DNA from: a virus | Virus record (IMG/VR): IMGVR_UViG_3300042484_001802 | Strand: one strand, 5' to 3' | DNA: 64,000 bases | Shown: in pieces, positions 19,488 through 29,627 of the stretch | How positions within the stretch are numbered: position 1 is the stretch's first letter | Layout: each line of letters opens with the position of its first letter | Notes under the pieces: model-generated | Databases searched by the model: none | What the model saw: only the letters and a program-made list of their open reading frames with translations | Told to the model about the DNA's origin: nothing | Position numbers and translations under genes: made by a program

Positions 19488-21363
19488 CGGTTTGGTAGGT
19501 ACACATTTAGTTAAGAAATGCACAAACATGGGCTATGACGTTATTGGCGTGGACATTACCCCAGTAACCAATTTACAAAATGTAAATAACTTTAAGTTTA
19601 TCCAAGCGGATTTAACAAAAGGAGATGTCATTGAGCAAATTTTCAATGAAAATAACTTAGATGCTGTGTTTAACACTTTTGGTGTTAAAGGTTCTCCATT
19701 AAAAGCGAAAAATCAGCCAGTATCTTTTTTATATCCATCATTTAAAATTAACACAGAGATTATTAACCAATGTGCTAAAAAACAAATTTGGTTAGTGTTT
19801 GTAAGTTCTGTTGGGGTATATGCACCTGCTGAAAAATTTGTTGAGGATACCGTATGGAGTACATTACCATCTGATGCGGATTGGTTCCCATCTTGGAGTA
19901 AAAGAATGGGTGAACTTTTGTTAGAAGCATATAAGGTTCAATACAATTATAATAATTGGGCTATTATTCGCCCAGCAAATATTTTTGGTGAGTATGATGA
20001 TTTTGAAGGTAACGGAACAGTAATAGCATCCACAATTAAAAAGGTATTTGAAGCTAATAATGAAATTGAAGCATGGGGCGATGGTACACCAATCAGAGAT
20101 TTTGTATATGCTGGTGATGTTGCAGATGCTATTATTGATTTATACTTAAACGACAAGCGCATCACAGTTAACTTCGGTGCCGGTGAAGAAATTACTATCA
20201 AACAAATGATTGATACCGTTATCAAGGTAAGCGGTAAATCGTTGGCTGTTAAATGGGATTCAAGTAAACCTAATGGTGATATGAGAAGACAAATGGATAT
20301 CACCAAACAAAAGGAAAATAATTTATTACCAAAATTAGGTTTTGAAAATGCGATAAGTGAAACCTATTCACATTATAAAAAAACACAACAAATGATAACT
20401 AAAAATTCTAAGATATTAATCACCGGTGGATCTGGATTAGTGGGCCAAAACTTAACCAATAAATTAGTTAGTGAGGGCTACAGAGATATTCGCGTAACAA
20501 TACACAGAAAAATGCCAAGAATACAACATCCTAATGTTGAATATCTAATGATTGATTTAGAAACAAGAGAAGGCGCTTTAGAAGCTACTAAAAATGTTGA
20601 TGCGGTGTTTCATTGCGCAGCATCCACATCTAATGCGGTAGATACTGTTGTTGATCCGTTGGCGCACGTTACACCGAATGTGGCGATGAATAATTTTCTT
20701 ATTGACGCCGCCTGGAGAAATAAAGTTAAAAAATATATCTTCTTATCGTCAAATACAATATACCCACCAAAAGGTGATGAACCAGTGGTTGAAACCGATT
20801 TTGTATTCAGTGACATTTACCCAGTTTATTTCCCAGTCGGTTGGATGAAAAGATATGCGGAAATTCAATGTGAATTATATTCCAAATACCTACCAGAAAA
20901 GATGGTTACAGTTATTGTTAGACCAGCAAATCTTTTTGGACCACATGACAAATATGATTTCAATAAATGTCATGTAACACCAGCAACAATCAGAAAGGTT
21001 GCAGATAAACTGAATCCAATACCAGTATGGGGTGATGGGTTAGAAGTTAGAGATTTATTATTCATTGATGACTTTGTTGACGCGTTATTATTAATCTTAG
21101 AGAAACAAGAAACACACGATGTGTTCAATGTTGGTTCAAATAAGGGGTATACCGTAAATGATGTGTTAACAACAATGAAAAACATTGCAGAATATGATGC
21201 ACCAATTGAATATGTTCAAGGAAAACCATCAATGATTCCTGTTAGATATATTGATTCAAATAAAATTAATAAAGTACTTGGTTGGGAACCTAAAACAGAA
21301 CTATCTGTTGGACTTAAAAAGGCGTACGATTGGTATTTAACAAATAGAGAAGAATTTAATTAA
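19459..21363 (+). CDS. Tandem fusion of two NAD-dependent epimerase/reductase domains (GDP-fucose synthase-like)
   Basis: Two Rossmann motifs (TGCNGLVG; TGGSGLVG), two RPAN(I/L)FG and two WGDG...RD motifs. Confidence 0.85.
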   Translation: MKKILITGCNGLVGTHLVKKCTNMGYDVIGVDITPVTNLQNVNNFKFIQADLTKGDVIEQIFNENNLDAVFNTFGVKGSPLKAKNQPVSFLYPSFKINTEIINQCAKKQIWLVFVSSVGVYAPAEKFVEDTVWSTLPSDADWFPSWSKRMGELLLEAYKVQYNYNNWAIIRPANIFGEYDDFEGNGTVIASTIKKVFEANNEIEAWGDGTPIRDFVYAGDVADAIIDLYLNDKRITVNFGAGEEITIKQMIDTVIKVSGKSLAVKWDSSKPNGDMRRQMDITKQKENNLLPKLGFENAISETYSHYKKTQQMITKNSKILITGGSGLVGQNLTNKLVSEGYRDIRVTIHRKMPRIQHPNVEYLMIDLETREGALEATKNVDAVFHCAASTSNAVDTVVDPLAHVTPNVAMNNFLIDAAWRNKVKKYIFLSSNTIYPPKGDEPVVETDFVFSDIYPVYFPVGWMKRYAEIQCELYSKYLPEKMVTVIVRPANLFGPHDKYDFNKCHVTPATIRKVADKLNPIPVWGDGLEVRDLLFIDDFVDALLLILEKQETHDVFNVGSNKGYTVNDVLTTMKNIAEYDAPIEYVQGKPSMIPVRYIDSNKINKVLGWEPKTELSVGLKKAYDWYLTNREEFN

Positions 21364-22400
21364 TGAAATACGTACTAACATCTGGATGCTCATTTACTAG
21401 GATAGGTTTCTTTAACGGAATGTCAGTTACTGGTGATTTTAAACAAATCCACAAACAAGGCAATCCTAACCTTTTTAAATGGACTGATTGGTTACAAGAA
21501 TCATTGGGTGAGGAGTATTCTGTAATCAATCTAGCGTCACAAACAAATGATAATGTTACAATCTCTAGAACGATATTTTATTGGGTTAACGAGTTAATGA
21601 GTAAGGGTGTTAACCCAGAAGATATTCATGTGATTATTCAATGGAGCACACCACAAAGAACCAATTTTTATGTACCAAAGGATAAATTGCCGAGAGGTAA
21701 AGAATACTATGGACATACTAGTCATTATCTAAAAAATGATGACATATATGATAATGGTGTGTTTTATTTAACTGGCGGTTTTAATTTACAAGATGCTAGT
21801 GAAAAGTTTAAACTTAGAGAACTACTAAAGGAGTATATCTATTACTATGGCGGTGATAATGGCATGGTTAACCAAACACTCGCCTGGTTAGAGAATTGGT
21901 CTAATCTTAAACTATTTTTTCAAAAACATAAAATAAAACACAATTACATTTCAATGTGTGATATCTTATCAGAATCAATGCAACGAACTGGTTTTGGTTT
22001 TTACGCTGGACTTAAAGAGCACGAGTTTGAACGCGCTGTTTTGGATGAGAAACTAATTGCAGATACAAGCAAGGATCAATGTTGGTTAGAACAGAATGAG
22101 TTATTTAGACCGTATATAAATAACATAGGGCTATATGATGATTTTTGGTTATTTAAAACGCCTACACACAAGTATGGTGGATTATTAGAATGGACAATAA
22201 AAAATTATGATAAGGTTAATCTAGAAAAATACGTTAATTTTAACGAACACCAATTAGATGTTACAATCTATGAAGAATGTATTCAACAGAAAATTAATGA
22301 AAGAGATTATTTAAAATCCGGAAGATGGTACGGACATACATCATCAATAATGGCTAGAAAATTTGTAATTGAGGAATTACTACCAACATTAAATTTATAA
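21363..22400 (+). CDS. SGNH-like hypothetical protein
   Basis: LTSGCSFT...INLAS..N..I...IQWS..QR...YGHT. Confidence 0.5.
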   Translation: MKYVLTSGCSFTRIGFFNGMSVTGDFKQIHKQGNPNLFKWTDWLQESLGEEYSVINLASQTNDNVTISRTIFYWVNELMSKGVNPEDIHVIIQWSTPQRTNFYVPKDKLPRGKEYYGHTSHYLKNDDIYDNGVFYLTGGFNLQDASEKFKLRELLKEYIYYYGGDNGMVNQTLAWLENWSNLKLFFQKHKIKHNYISMCDILSESMQRTGFGFYAGLKEHEFERAVLDEKLIADTSKDQCWLEQNELFRPYINNIGLYDDFWLFKTPTHKYGGLLEWTIKNYDKVNLEKYVNFNEHQLDVTIYEECIQQKINERDYLKSGRWYGHTSSIMARKFVIEELLPTLNL

Positions 22401-22402
22401 AA

Positions 22403-23179
22403 ATGAATACATTAGTTGAAAATGGTTACATAATTGAAGATGCTAAAGATTTACTATCTGAAGAAGATTTTAAAGAACTAGATGGTTTATGTGATGCTAT
22501 AAGTGTCTCCGAAAAAAAACATACAAAATTTTATCAATTTGAATATTGTTTAACAAAAGAAGACGTAAATTATTTTGGTTTAACTGGCGAAAATTCTAGT
22601 GTTAAATTTTCAGATAGAATTGATGTTAGTGATAGTACAGAAAAAAAATTTTCAGTTGAAATGAAAAAAAAACTGATTCAAAAATACTTTGATTCGGTGC
22701 AAACATATGCTGAAAGTTTTTATGAAATAGATAGGTTTTCTTATTTATGTGATAAAATGTCACATGCAATTGCTGACAAATATTATTCACATATTTTTAA
22801 TTTAGATAATTTTAGAAAAAAAGAAATACACAGCACCACTCAAAGGATTGCAACATATGATGAAGATTGTCATATTGCTAAACATAAAGATGGTTTTAAC
22901 AATAAAAGGTTATTTGTTATTTTAGTATACCTAAATAAAGAATGGGAAGATACCAATGGGGGAGATTTAGTTATTTACTCTAAAAACAATGATAAAATTT
23001 CATTAACACCAAAAGCCCCAAGCGTTTGTGTTTTAGATTTCACAAAAAATAATTTAGAACATGAGGTGTTAAAAGTTATAGATGGTACAAGATACACATA
23101 TGTGTCTTTTTATGAGGTGTCAGAATCTTTAATGATAACAGACGAATGGAAAAAACACAAGATAAAAAAAATGATATAA
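22403..23179 (+). CDS. 2OG-Fe(II) oxygenase
   Basis: HKD...YLNKEW...GGDL...HEV..V..G.RY. Confidence 0.85.
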   Translation: MNTLVENGYIIEDAKDLLSEEDFKELDGLCDAISVSEKKHTKFYQFEYCLTKEDVNYFGLTGENSSVKFSDRIDVSDSTEKKFSVEMKKKLIQKYFDSVQTYAESFYEIDRFSYLCDKMSHAIADKYYSHIFNLDNFRKKEIHSTTQRIATYDEDCHIAKHKDGFNNKRLFVILVYLNKEWEDTNGGDLVIYSKNNDKISLTPKAPSVCVLDFTKNNLEHEVLKVIDGTRYTYVSFYEVSESLMITDEWKKHKIKKMI

Positions 23180-24363
23180 TGACAGAAACATTTTGCCCAC
23201 TACCATTTATTCATTTTAACGCATATCCAGACAAACAAATTAAACCTTGTTGCTACTCGCAATCATTTTTTGAAAATACCACATTAAAAAATCAAGATAT
23301 TGTTACCGCTTTTAATTCTGAAGAATACCAGAAACTACGAAATGATTTACTAAATGGCGTTGAACACAAGTTCTGTGATGTTTGTTGGAAAACAGAAAAA
23401 AATGGTGGAGAAAGCCAAAGAAATAAATGGTCTAATTTTTATAAAGATAAAAAAGAAGACATTATCCAAAAAACAAAAAAAGATGGGTATTATCGACCTG
23501 ACTTTGTTTCTTTAGATTTAAGACCTTCAAATATATGTAATTTCAAGTGTAGAACATGTACTCCAGATTTTTCAACAACCTGGATTGATGAAAGAACTAA
23601 ATTTAGGGAAATTATGGGCAATGAGTTTGAAGATTATAAAACTCAAATTACATCATTTGACATTCCACAAGAAAATATTGATAACCTAGAGAAAATCTAT
23701 TTTGCTGGTGGTGAACCATTGTATATGGATGAGATGTATAAGTTTCTAGACAAGATTAAAAATAAACAAAATACTGAAGTGTATTTTAATACTAATTTTA
23801 GTATTGTAAAACACAAAAATCAATCGGTTTTTGATTTATTTAAAGGGTTTAAAAACGTACACTTTGCAATATCTTGTGATGGTTATGGTGCCATTGGTGA
23901 ATATGTTAGAACTAATTTTAAGTGGGATGCGTTTAAAGAAAATGTTAACATGTTAACCAACATTATAAACAACGGAACTAATTTTTCATATGGTTTTCAA
24001 TATACCTCATCATTATTAAATTGTTTTCATTTTTTTGATTTTAGGGATAAATTGTACGAGTTGAATTTTATCTCAAACGACAATCAATTACAATTTGGGG
24101 TGGCGGAGTATCCGTTTTGGTTAAATCCAGCACATTTTGATTTAAAAGATGAGGTTATTAGGTATTTTGAAAGTAAAATAGATACAATACAAAATAGTTC
24201 GTTGCGCACTGAATTGAACAATTACATGATTTACTTGAAAACCTTCAACGACCCTCATTTTTATGCCTTGCATTATTTAAAAAATTTCATTAAATTAGGT
24301 GATGAGACCAATAACACGGTTTTACCTGAAGAATTAACATATCTAAAAAAATATCTTATATGA
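23179..24363 (+). CDS. Radical SAM protein with twitch-like Cys cluster (likely start 23179)
   Basis: FCPLPF...PCC...CDVC; CNFKCRTC; FAGGEP. Confidence 0.9.
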   Translation: MTETFCPLPFIHFNAYPDKQIKPCCYSQSFFENTTLKNQDIVTAFNSEEYQKLRNDLLNGVEHKFCDVCWKTEKNGGESQRNKWSNFYKDKKEDIIQKTKKDGYYRPDFVSLDLRPSNICNFKCRTCTPDFSTTWIDERTKFREIMGNEFEDYKTQITSFDIPQENIDNLEKIYFAGGEPLYMDEMYKFLDKIKNKQNTEVYFNTNFSIVKHKNQSVFDLFKGFKNVHFAISCDGYGAIGEYVRTNFKWDAFKENVNMLTNIINNGTNFSYGFQYTSSLLNCFHFFDFRDKLYELNFISNDNQLQFGVAEYPFWLNPAHFDLKDEVIRYFESKIDTIQNSSLRTELNNYMIYLKTFNDPHFYALHYLKNFIKLGDETNNTVLPEELTYLKKYLI

Positions 24364-24881
24364 CCTACAAAGACGAATTAACTAGAGCCATGACATATAT
24401 TGGAGAACAAGAAAATAGTGTCTTCATGGGACAATCTGTGGCTTTCCCTGGAACATCATTGTATGGTACATTAACAAATGTATCTAAAGATAAATTAATT
24501 GAATTTCCGGTATTGGAAGAAACCCAAACAGGCGTTGCGTTAGGGATGAGTTTAACCGATAAGTGTGTTGTGTCAATTTACCCAAGATGGGACTTTTTAA
24601 TATTGGCGACTAATCAATTGGTGAATCACATAGATAAGTTTGAATTGATGACAGGACACGCACCACACGTAATCATTAGAGTTGGTGTTGGTAGCACAAA
24701 CCCATTGGACCCCGGACATCAACATAAAGCAGATTATACAGAAGCATTTAAATTATTAATGCAACAAGTTGAGGTTATAAATTTAACTGAAGCAAATCAA
24801 GTTTTCGATACATATAAAAGGGCGTATGATAACAAAAAACCAATAATCATTTGTGAATACCCCGACCTATACAATGCATAG
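24360..24881 (+). CDS. Minimal TPP enzyme E1 beta/transketolase pyrimidine-binding subunit
   Basis: VFMGQSV...IEFPVLEETQTGVALGM...YPRWDFL..A.NQLVN...PGHQH; lacks the C-terminal domain. Confidence 0.8.
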   Translation: MTYKDELTRAMTYIGEQENSVFMGQSVAFPGTSLYGTLTNVSKDKLIEFPVLEETQTGVALGMSLTDKCVVSIYPRWDFLILATNQLVNHIDKFELMTGHAPHVIIRVGVGSTNPLDPGHQHKADYTEAFKLLMQQVEVINLTEANQVFDTYKRAYDNKKPIIICEYPDLYNA

Positions 24882-26235
24882 ACCAACTTTTGGATACGAT
24901 ATAATAACACCTAGGGGTGAATTACCTAATGGATTAGATCCTGCTAGATTTAAATTCATTTATGACCAAGTTAAATGGAACTTTAGGGAGATATTGTATT
25001 TTAATAGTTTAGATACTAATCCAGTTTATTTAGCTGGGCACTTTGACCACAAAATAATTAAAAAAAGTGTTTATGAAATCCACAAAAATAGACAACAAGG
25101 TATAAACGAAGTATGGTATTATACAATAGAACCATTTGGTAATTTCAGGGGATTTTTGGGTCTGTTAAATGGTAAAGTGGATGATGAATTCACTATACAT
25201 ATGTCAGATATTGCAAAACACGAAATAATCTCAGGGAACGGTCGTTTATTGATCAATTACACTATTGATGGGGGTATCGATGTTAATAGAAACACAATAA
25301 CTAAATTGTTTGAACTTTTAAAAGCAACAAACATCCCATTTCGTAAGATTTACTTTCTTATGAATGATATTAATTTTAAAGGTAATCTTGAAAAAATTAG
25401 TGGGATTCAAAATTTAAATGTGTTTCATTTTAATTTAGCGTTGATGCAAAAGTCAAATGAAATATATAATACATTATTACATGAAGGTCGTTATTTCTTT
25501 TGGAAAAATAATACTTCATTTGTTTCCAAAGTTACACGTATTGAAGATTTCGAATTAAATTTAACCAAAAAGGATAAGAAATTTTTGATGTTAAATCGTA
25601 ACTGGAAGATGCATAGATTGGAGTTAATTAAAACACTCAGGGATAACGGTTTATTGGAAGATTCATTGGTATCGTGGGATAAGAATATGGTTAGCCACAG
25701 CGAAGCAAGAGCATTTATTGAAAAATATGACGATGCTGAGTTAATGGAAATCATGAAGAACGAATCATCGATTTTAGATTATCCAGATATCGCAAATGTT
25801 CATGGTTATGGTTTTGAAACAAAAGAAATATACTTACAAAGTTTTTTTCATATTGTTGGTGAAACTATTTATTATCAAGATGACACACCATCTGGATACG
25901 TTTCAGAAAAACCGTTTAAACCAATGGCACACTTTCAACCATTTATATTTGCGGGACCGGCCGGTGTTATTAAACATTTGAATGAATTAGGATTTAAATC
26001 TTTTCACCCATATATTGATGAAACATATGATTCGATTACGGATGATAATGAGAGAATGAAAGCAATTTGTAACGAAGTCATTCGTCTAGGTAAACTAACT
26101 AAAGATGAAATGATTGATATTACGATGAAATTAAAAAGTGTTTTATACCACAACTATAGGATGCTATTTAATATTGGCTCACCAAAGCTCCAAGACGATA
26201 ATAGAAATAACGTAATTGAATTTTTAAATAAATAA
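24874..26235 (+). CDS. Putative GT-B/GT10-like protein (paralogue 2; ATG 24874 or GTG 24853)
   Basis: FLMLNR..HR, IVGET...VSEKPFKP..QPFI.AG...LGFKSF.PYIDETYD. Confidence 0.5.
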   Translation: MHRPTFGYDIITPRGELPNGLDPARFKFIYDQVKWNFREILYFNSLDTNPVYLAGHFDHKIIKKSVYEIHKNRQQGINEVWYYTIEPFGNFRGFLGLLNGKVDDEFTIHMSDIAKHEIISGNGRLLINYTIDGGIDVNRNTITKLFELLKATNIPFRKIYFLMNDINFKGNLEKISGIQNLNVFHFNLALMQKSNEIYNTLLHEGRYFFWKNNTSFVSKVTRIEDFELNLTKKDKKFLMLNRNWKMHRLELIKTLRDNGLLEDSLVSWDKNMVSHSEARAFIEKYDDAELMEIMKNESSILDYPDIANVHGYGFETKEIYLQSFFHIVGETIYYQDDTPSGYVSEKPFKPMAHFQPFIFAGPAGVIKHLNELGFKSFHPYIDETYDSITDDNERMKAICNEVIRLGKLTKDEMIDITMKLKSVLYHNYRMLFNIGSPKLQDDNRNNVIEFLNK

Positions 26236-27914
26236 TGAGTTATATAATTGGGATATCGGCATACTATCACGATTCTTCAGCTTGTTTGTTGAAGGATGGC
26301 GAATTGTTGTTTGCGTGTGAAGAAGAAAAATTCACAGGCATAAAACATGATAGTTCATTCCCAAATAAAACTATTGAATATATCTTTAAAAAGTATAATT
26401 TAACTAAAAAAGATATTGAGGCAGTATGTTATTATGAAGATTTAGATTTAAAATTACAAAGAGTTATTAATAACTCAAAAAAAGTTTTCCTTAAGGCACC
26501 AATATATGCTATTAAGAATGTATATAATGTTTTAAAAAACAAAAAAGATGTTAAGAAGAATTTAGCAAAAATATCTGATAAGGTTTTCTACTCTAAACAT
26601 CACGACTCACATACATACTATTCATTTTATACATCACCATTTAATGACGCTGTTGTTTTATCGGTTGATGGTGTTGGTGAAAGTGAAACAATACAAATTG
26701 CCACCATCTATAATAATAAGTTATATCAAATACCACACACAGAATACCCAAACTCATTAGGGTTATTTTATTCTGCTATGACATCTTTCTTAGGGTTTAA
26801 ACCCAATGAAGGTGAATATAAAGTAATGGGTTTGGCATCTTATGGAAACCCTAAAAAATATAGACAAAAAATAGATTCATTAATTTCGTACAAACAAGGG
26901 TTTTTAACTTGCAATATGGATTGTTTTGTTTGGGATAGAAGTGACAAGGTTATGTTTAATCATAACCTATCAAAAAAATTAGGGATTGAAAATAGATTAC
27001 CAGATGAAAAACTAACAGTACAACATCACGATTTAGCGGCCGCGGTTCAAGAAACCTACGAAGTTATTTTAAGTAAAATACTAGAAGAGATATCAATATT
27101 AACTAACACTAGAAATTTATGTCTTAGCGGTGGCTGTGCTTACAACGGATCAGCAAATGGAAAGTTAACAAATAACGGTTGGTTTAAAAATTTATGGATA
27201 CCTCCAGCACCATCTGATGCAGGATCGGCTATTGGTGCGTGTTTAAATTATCTGGACACTAATAATAAACTAACAAAAAAGATTGACACAACACCGTTCT
27301 TAGGCCCAGAATACACTAATGAGGAATACTTGTCGGTTATCGATGAAGAAATAGTGAGATACAGTGAAATAAGTAGAGAAAAACTATTAAAATTAATTTC
27401 TACCGAATTATATAATGGCAAAGTTGTTGGATGGTTCCAGGGTAAAATTGAATTTGGTTCTAGAGCATTGGGTAACAGGTCGATACTAGCAAATCCAATG
27501 ATAATTGGTATGCAAAAGAAGATTAATCGTGTTATAAAGAAGCGAGAACTTTTTAGACCATTTGCACCTATGGTGACAAAAGAAAATCAAACAAAATATT
27601 TTCTATATGACAAGGACGTGCCATATATGAATCAAGTTGTTAAGGTTAAAAAGGAATACGTTGGTAAGTTAATCGCAACAACTCACGTTGACGACACAGC
27701 TAGAATTCAAACAGTTACAAGTGAAAATAACGTATATGACTTATTAATTGAATTTGAAAAGATTAGTGGTGTATCAGTATTATTGAACACATCATTTAAC
27801 GTTAAAGATAAAACAATGGTGTTAACACCACAAGATGCTATGGATACTTTTTTAGACACGGAAATGGATGTCTTAGTATTAGGTAATAATGTAATTTATA
27901 AAAAAACAATATGA
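26235..27914 (+). CDS. Carbamoyltransferase, NodU/CmcH family
   Basis: YYHDSSA..EEEKF..KH, HHDSH, DGVGE, EGEYKVMGLA, EFGSRALGNRSIL, RPFAP, LLNTSFN. Confidence 0.95.
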   Translation: MSYIIGISAYYHDSSACLLKDGELLFACEEEKFTGIKHDSSFPNKTIEYIFKKYNLTKKDIEAVCYYEDLDLKLQRVINNSKKVFLKAPIYAIKNVYNVLKNKKDVKKNLAKISDKVFYSKHHDSHTYYSFYTSPFNDAVVLSVDGVGESETIQIATIYNNKLYQIPHTEYPNSLGLFYSAMTSFLGFKPNEGEYKVMGLASYGNPKKYRQKIDSLISYKQGFLTCNMDCFVWDRSDKVMFNHNLSKKLGIENRLPDEKLTVQHHDLAAAVQETYEVILSKILEEISILTNTRNLCLSGGCAYNGSANGKLTNNGWFKNLWIPPAPSDAGSAIGACLNYLDTNNKLTKKIDTTPFLGPEYTNEEYLSVIDEEIVRYSEISREKLLKLISTELYNGKVVGWFQGKIEFGSRALGNRSILANPMIIGMQKKINRVIKKRELFRPFAPMVTKENQTKYFLYDKDVPYMNQVVKVKKEYVGKLIATTHVDDTARIQTVTSENNVYDLLIEFEKISGVSVLLNTSFNVKDKTMVLTPQDAMDTFLDTEMDVLVLGNNVIYKKTI

Positions 27915-28027
27915 AAAAATTAATTAAATGGTTCTTAGATAAGATTGAAAGAATCAAAAGAGATCGTAAACTTAAAAAGAAAATTGCTGAGTTAAAGAAG
28001 AGAGACCCATTCATTTATAAACACTAA
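27911..28027 (+). CDS. 38-aa basic micropeptide ending KKRDPFIYKH (absent from the ORF track)
   Basis: ATGA overlap with the carbamoyltransferase stop; MKKLIKWFLDKIERIKRDRKLKKKIAELKKRDPFIYKH. Confidence 0.7.
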   Translation: MKKLIKWFLDKIERIKRDRKLKKKIAELKKRDPFIYKH

Positions 28028-28038
28028 AAACATTACAA

Positions 28039-29160
28039 TTGGAAAACAAGGAAATATTAAAAGATTACGTTTGCTTAATGCCATTCTTATCCACCGACGT
28101 TCAGCAAGCATCACAATTCGTTTGTTGCCCATCTTGGTGCTTTAAAAGTTTAAGAGTAGATGAGAATGGCGAAGAAGAAGATTGGGCATCTTACTTTGAC
28201 ACTAGCGCAGACGTAATGAGGAACTGGACATCAACGCCAGCACATGACATTAGAAAATCAATGGTTGATGGTTCATACAGACATTGCAATCATGTAGTGT
28301 GTCCAAGATTAAATCAATTAATCAATGGTAGTGAGACCACGCCATATATGTTTATGAAGAAGGAAGAATTTCAAAAAACCTTTAACATATACAATGAGGA
28401 AGATTTAAAAAAGTTTGACACGCCACCAGAAGAAATATTGTTTGGGTTTGATAGAAGTTGCAATCTTAAATGTCCTAGCTGTAGGGTAAACTTAATACCA
28501 AATGACAATGTCGAATCTGAGGATTATAAAAATAAATTACATCTACTAAACTCAATCGAGAAGAATTTTGCTAGTAATTTAAAAAGAATAATGATAACCG
28601 GTAGTGGTGATCCGTTCTATTCTAAAATCTATCGCGATTACTTAATAAATTTTGACAGTAGTAAGTACCCCAAGTTAGAAGCGTTACAGATTATAACCAA
28701 TGGTAACTTATTAAACGAAAAAATGTGGAATTCAATGAAAGCAACTCCACATATTAAAATCATTGAGATTAGTATTGATGCCGGAACTAAAGACACATAT
28801 GAGAACAAAACAAGGTTAAATGGTAAATGGGATGTGTTAATGGAAAATCTACGTTTTTTAAGTACCCAGAATCACATTATTGAGGAGTTTGTGTTATCAA
28901 TGGTTGTTAGTAAACACAACTATAAAGAAATGTATACATTTTACGAATTGATAACAAACATATTTAAAAATTCAAATTTTAAATGGGGACTATCAATCAA
29001 CTATAGACAATTGGTTGATTGGGGCACATTTTCTAAAGAAACATTAGAAGAATTACAGGTTTTCAACATAGAACACCCTGATTATCAAGATTTTATGTCT
29101 GAATTAAAAAAAATACACAACCAGCCGTTTGTTAATCATAATTTCAACCATCTTCTATAG
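28039..29160 (+). CDS. Radical SAM protein (TTG start) with N-terminal Cys cluster
   Basis: CLMPF...CCPSW...C...CP; DRSCNLKCPSCR; ITGSGDPF; ISIDAG. Confidence 0.9.
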   Translation: MENKEILKDYVCLMPFLSTDVQQASQFVCCPSWCFKSLRVDENGEEEDWASYFDTSADVMRNWTSTPAHDIRKSMVDGSYRHCNHVVCPRLNQLINGSETTPYMFMKKEEFQKTFNIYNEEDLKKFDTPPEEILFGFDRSCNLKCPSCRVNLIPNDNVESEDYKNKLHLLNSIEKNFASNLKRIMITGSGDPFYSKIYRDYLINFDSSKYPKLEALQIITNGNLLNEKMWNSMKATPHIKIIEISIDAGTKDTYENKTRLNGKWDVLMENLRFLSTQNHIIEEFVLSMVVSKHNYKEMYTFYELITNIFKNSNFKWGLSINYRQLVDWGTFSKETLEELQVFNIEHPDYQDFMSELKKIHNQPFVNHNFNHLL

Positions 29161-29192
29161 GTTTTTTGATTTTTTTTAGTTATATTAGTAAT

Positions 29193-29627
29193 ATGATATA
29201 CTGGTTAACAGGCCAACCTGGCGCAGGAAAAACAACCTTAGCAAAATACTTAGTGGAATACTTTCCGAAAGATGAGGTTACTCACATCGATGGAGATGAC
29301 TTAAGGGACATCTTTAAAAACAAGGACTATTCCATAACAGGTAGAAGATTAAACATCCAAAGAGCACAATACATTGCACAATTCATGCATAGTAAGGGAC
29401 ATAATGTTATTGTGTCCTTAGTTTCACCATATCGAGACCAAAGAGAAGAATTTAAATTTAGCACATCGGTTGTTGAGATTTATGTACACACCACAGAAGA
29501 TAGAGGTAGGAACCAATTTCATGTTGAGGAATATGAACCACCATTAGAAAATTTTATAGACATAGATACAACAATAAAAAACGAAACAGATTCGTATTTT
29601 GAACTATTAAAAAAATTATCATTATGA
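29193..29627 (+). CDS. cysC: Adenylyl-sulfate (APS) kinase, compact form
   Basis: IYWLTGQPGAGKTT, IDGDDLR, SLVSPYRDQR, EIYV, YEPP. Confidence 0.85.
   Translation: MIYWLTGQPGAGKTTLAKYLVEYFPKDEVTHIDGDDLRDIFKNKDYSITGRRLNIQRAQYIAQFMHSKGHNVIVSLVSPYRDQREEFKFSTSVVEIYVHTTEDRGRNQFHVEEYEPPLENFIDIDTTIKNETDSYFELLKKLSL

Noticed and set aside
17495-24881. Pyruvate dehydrogenase as a central-metabolism auxiliary gene (pdhA/pdhB)
   Set aside because: Both subunits are truncated, no E2/E3 lies nearby and the context is sugar modification, so gene symbols were withheld.
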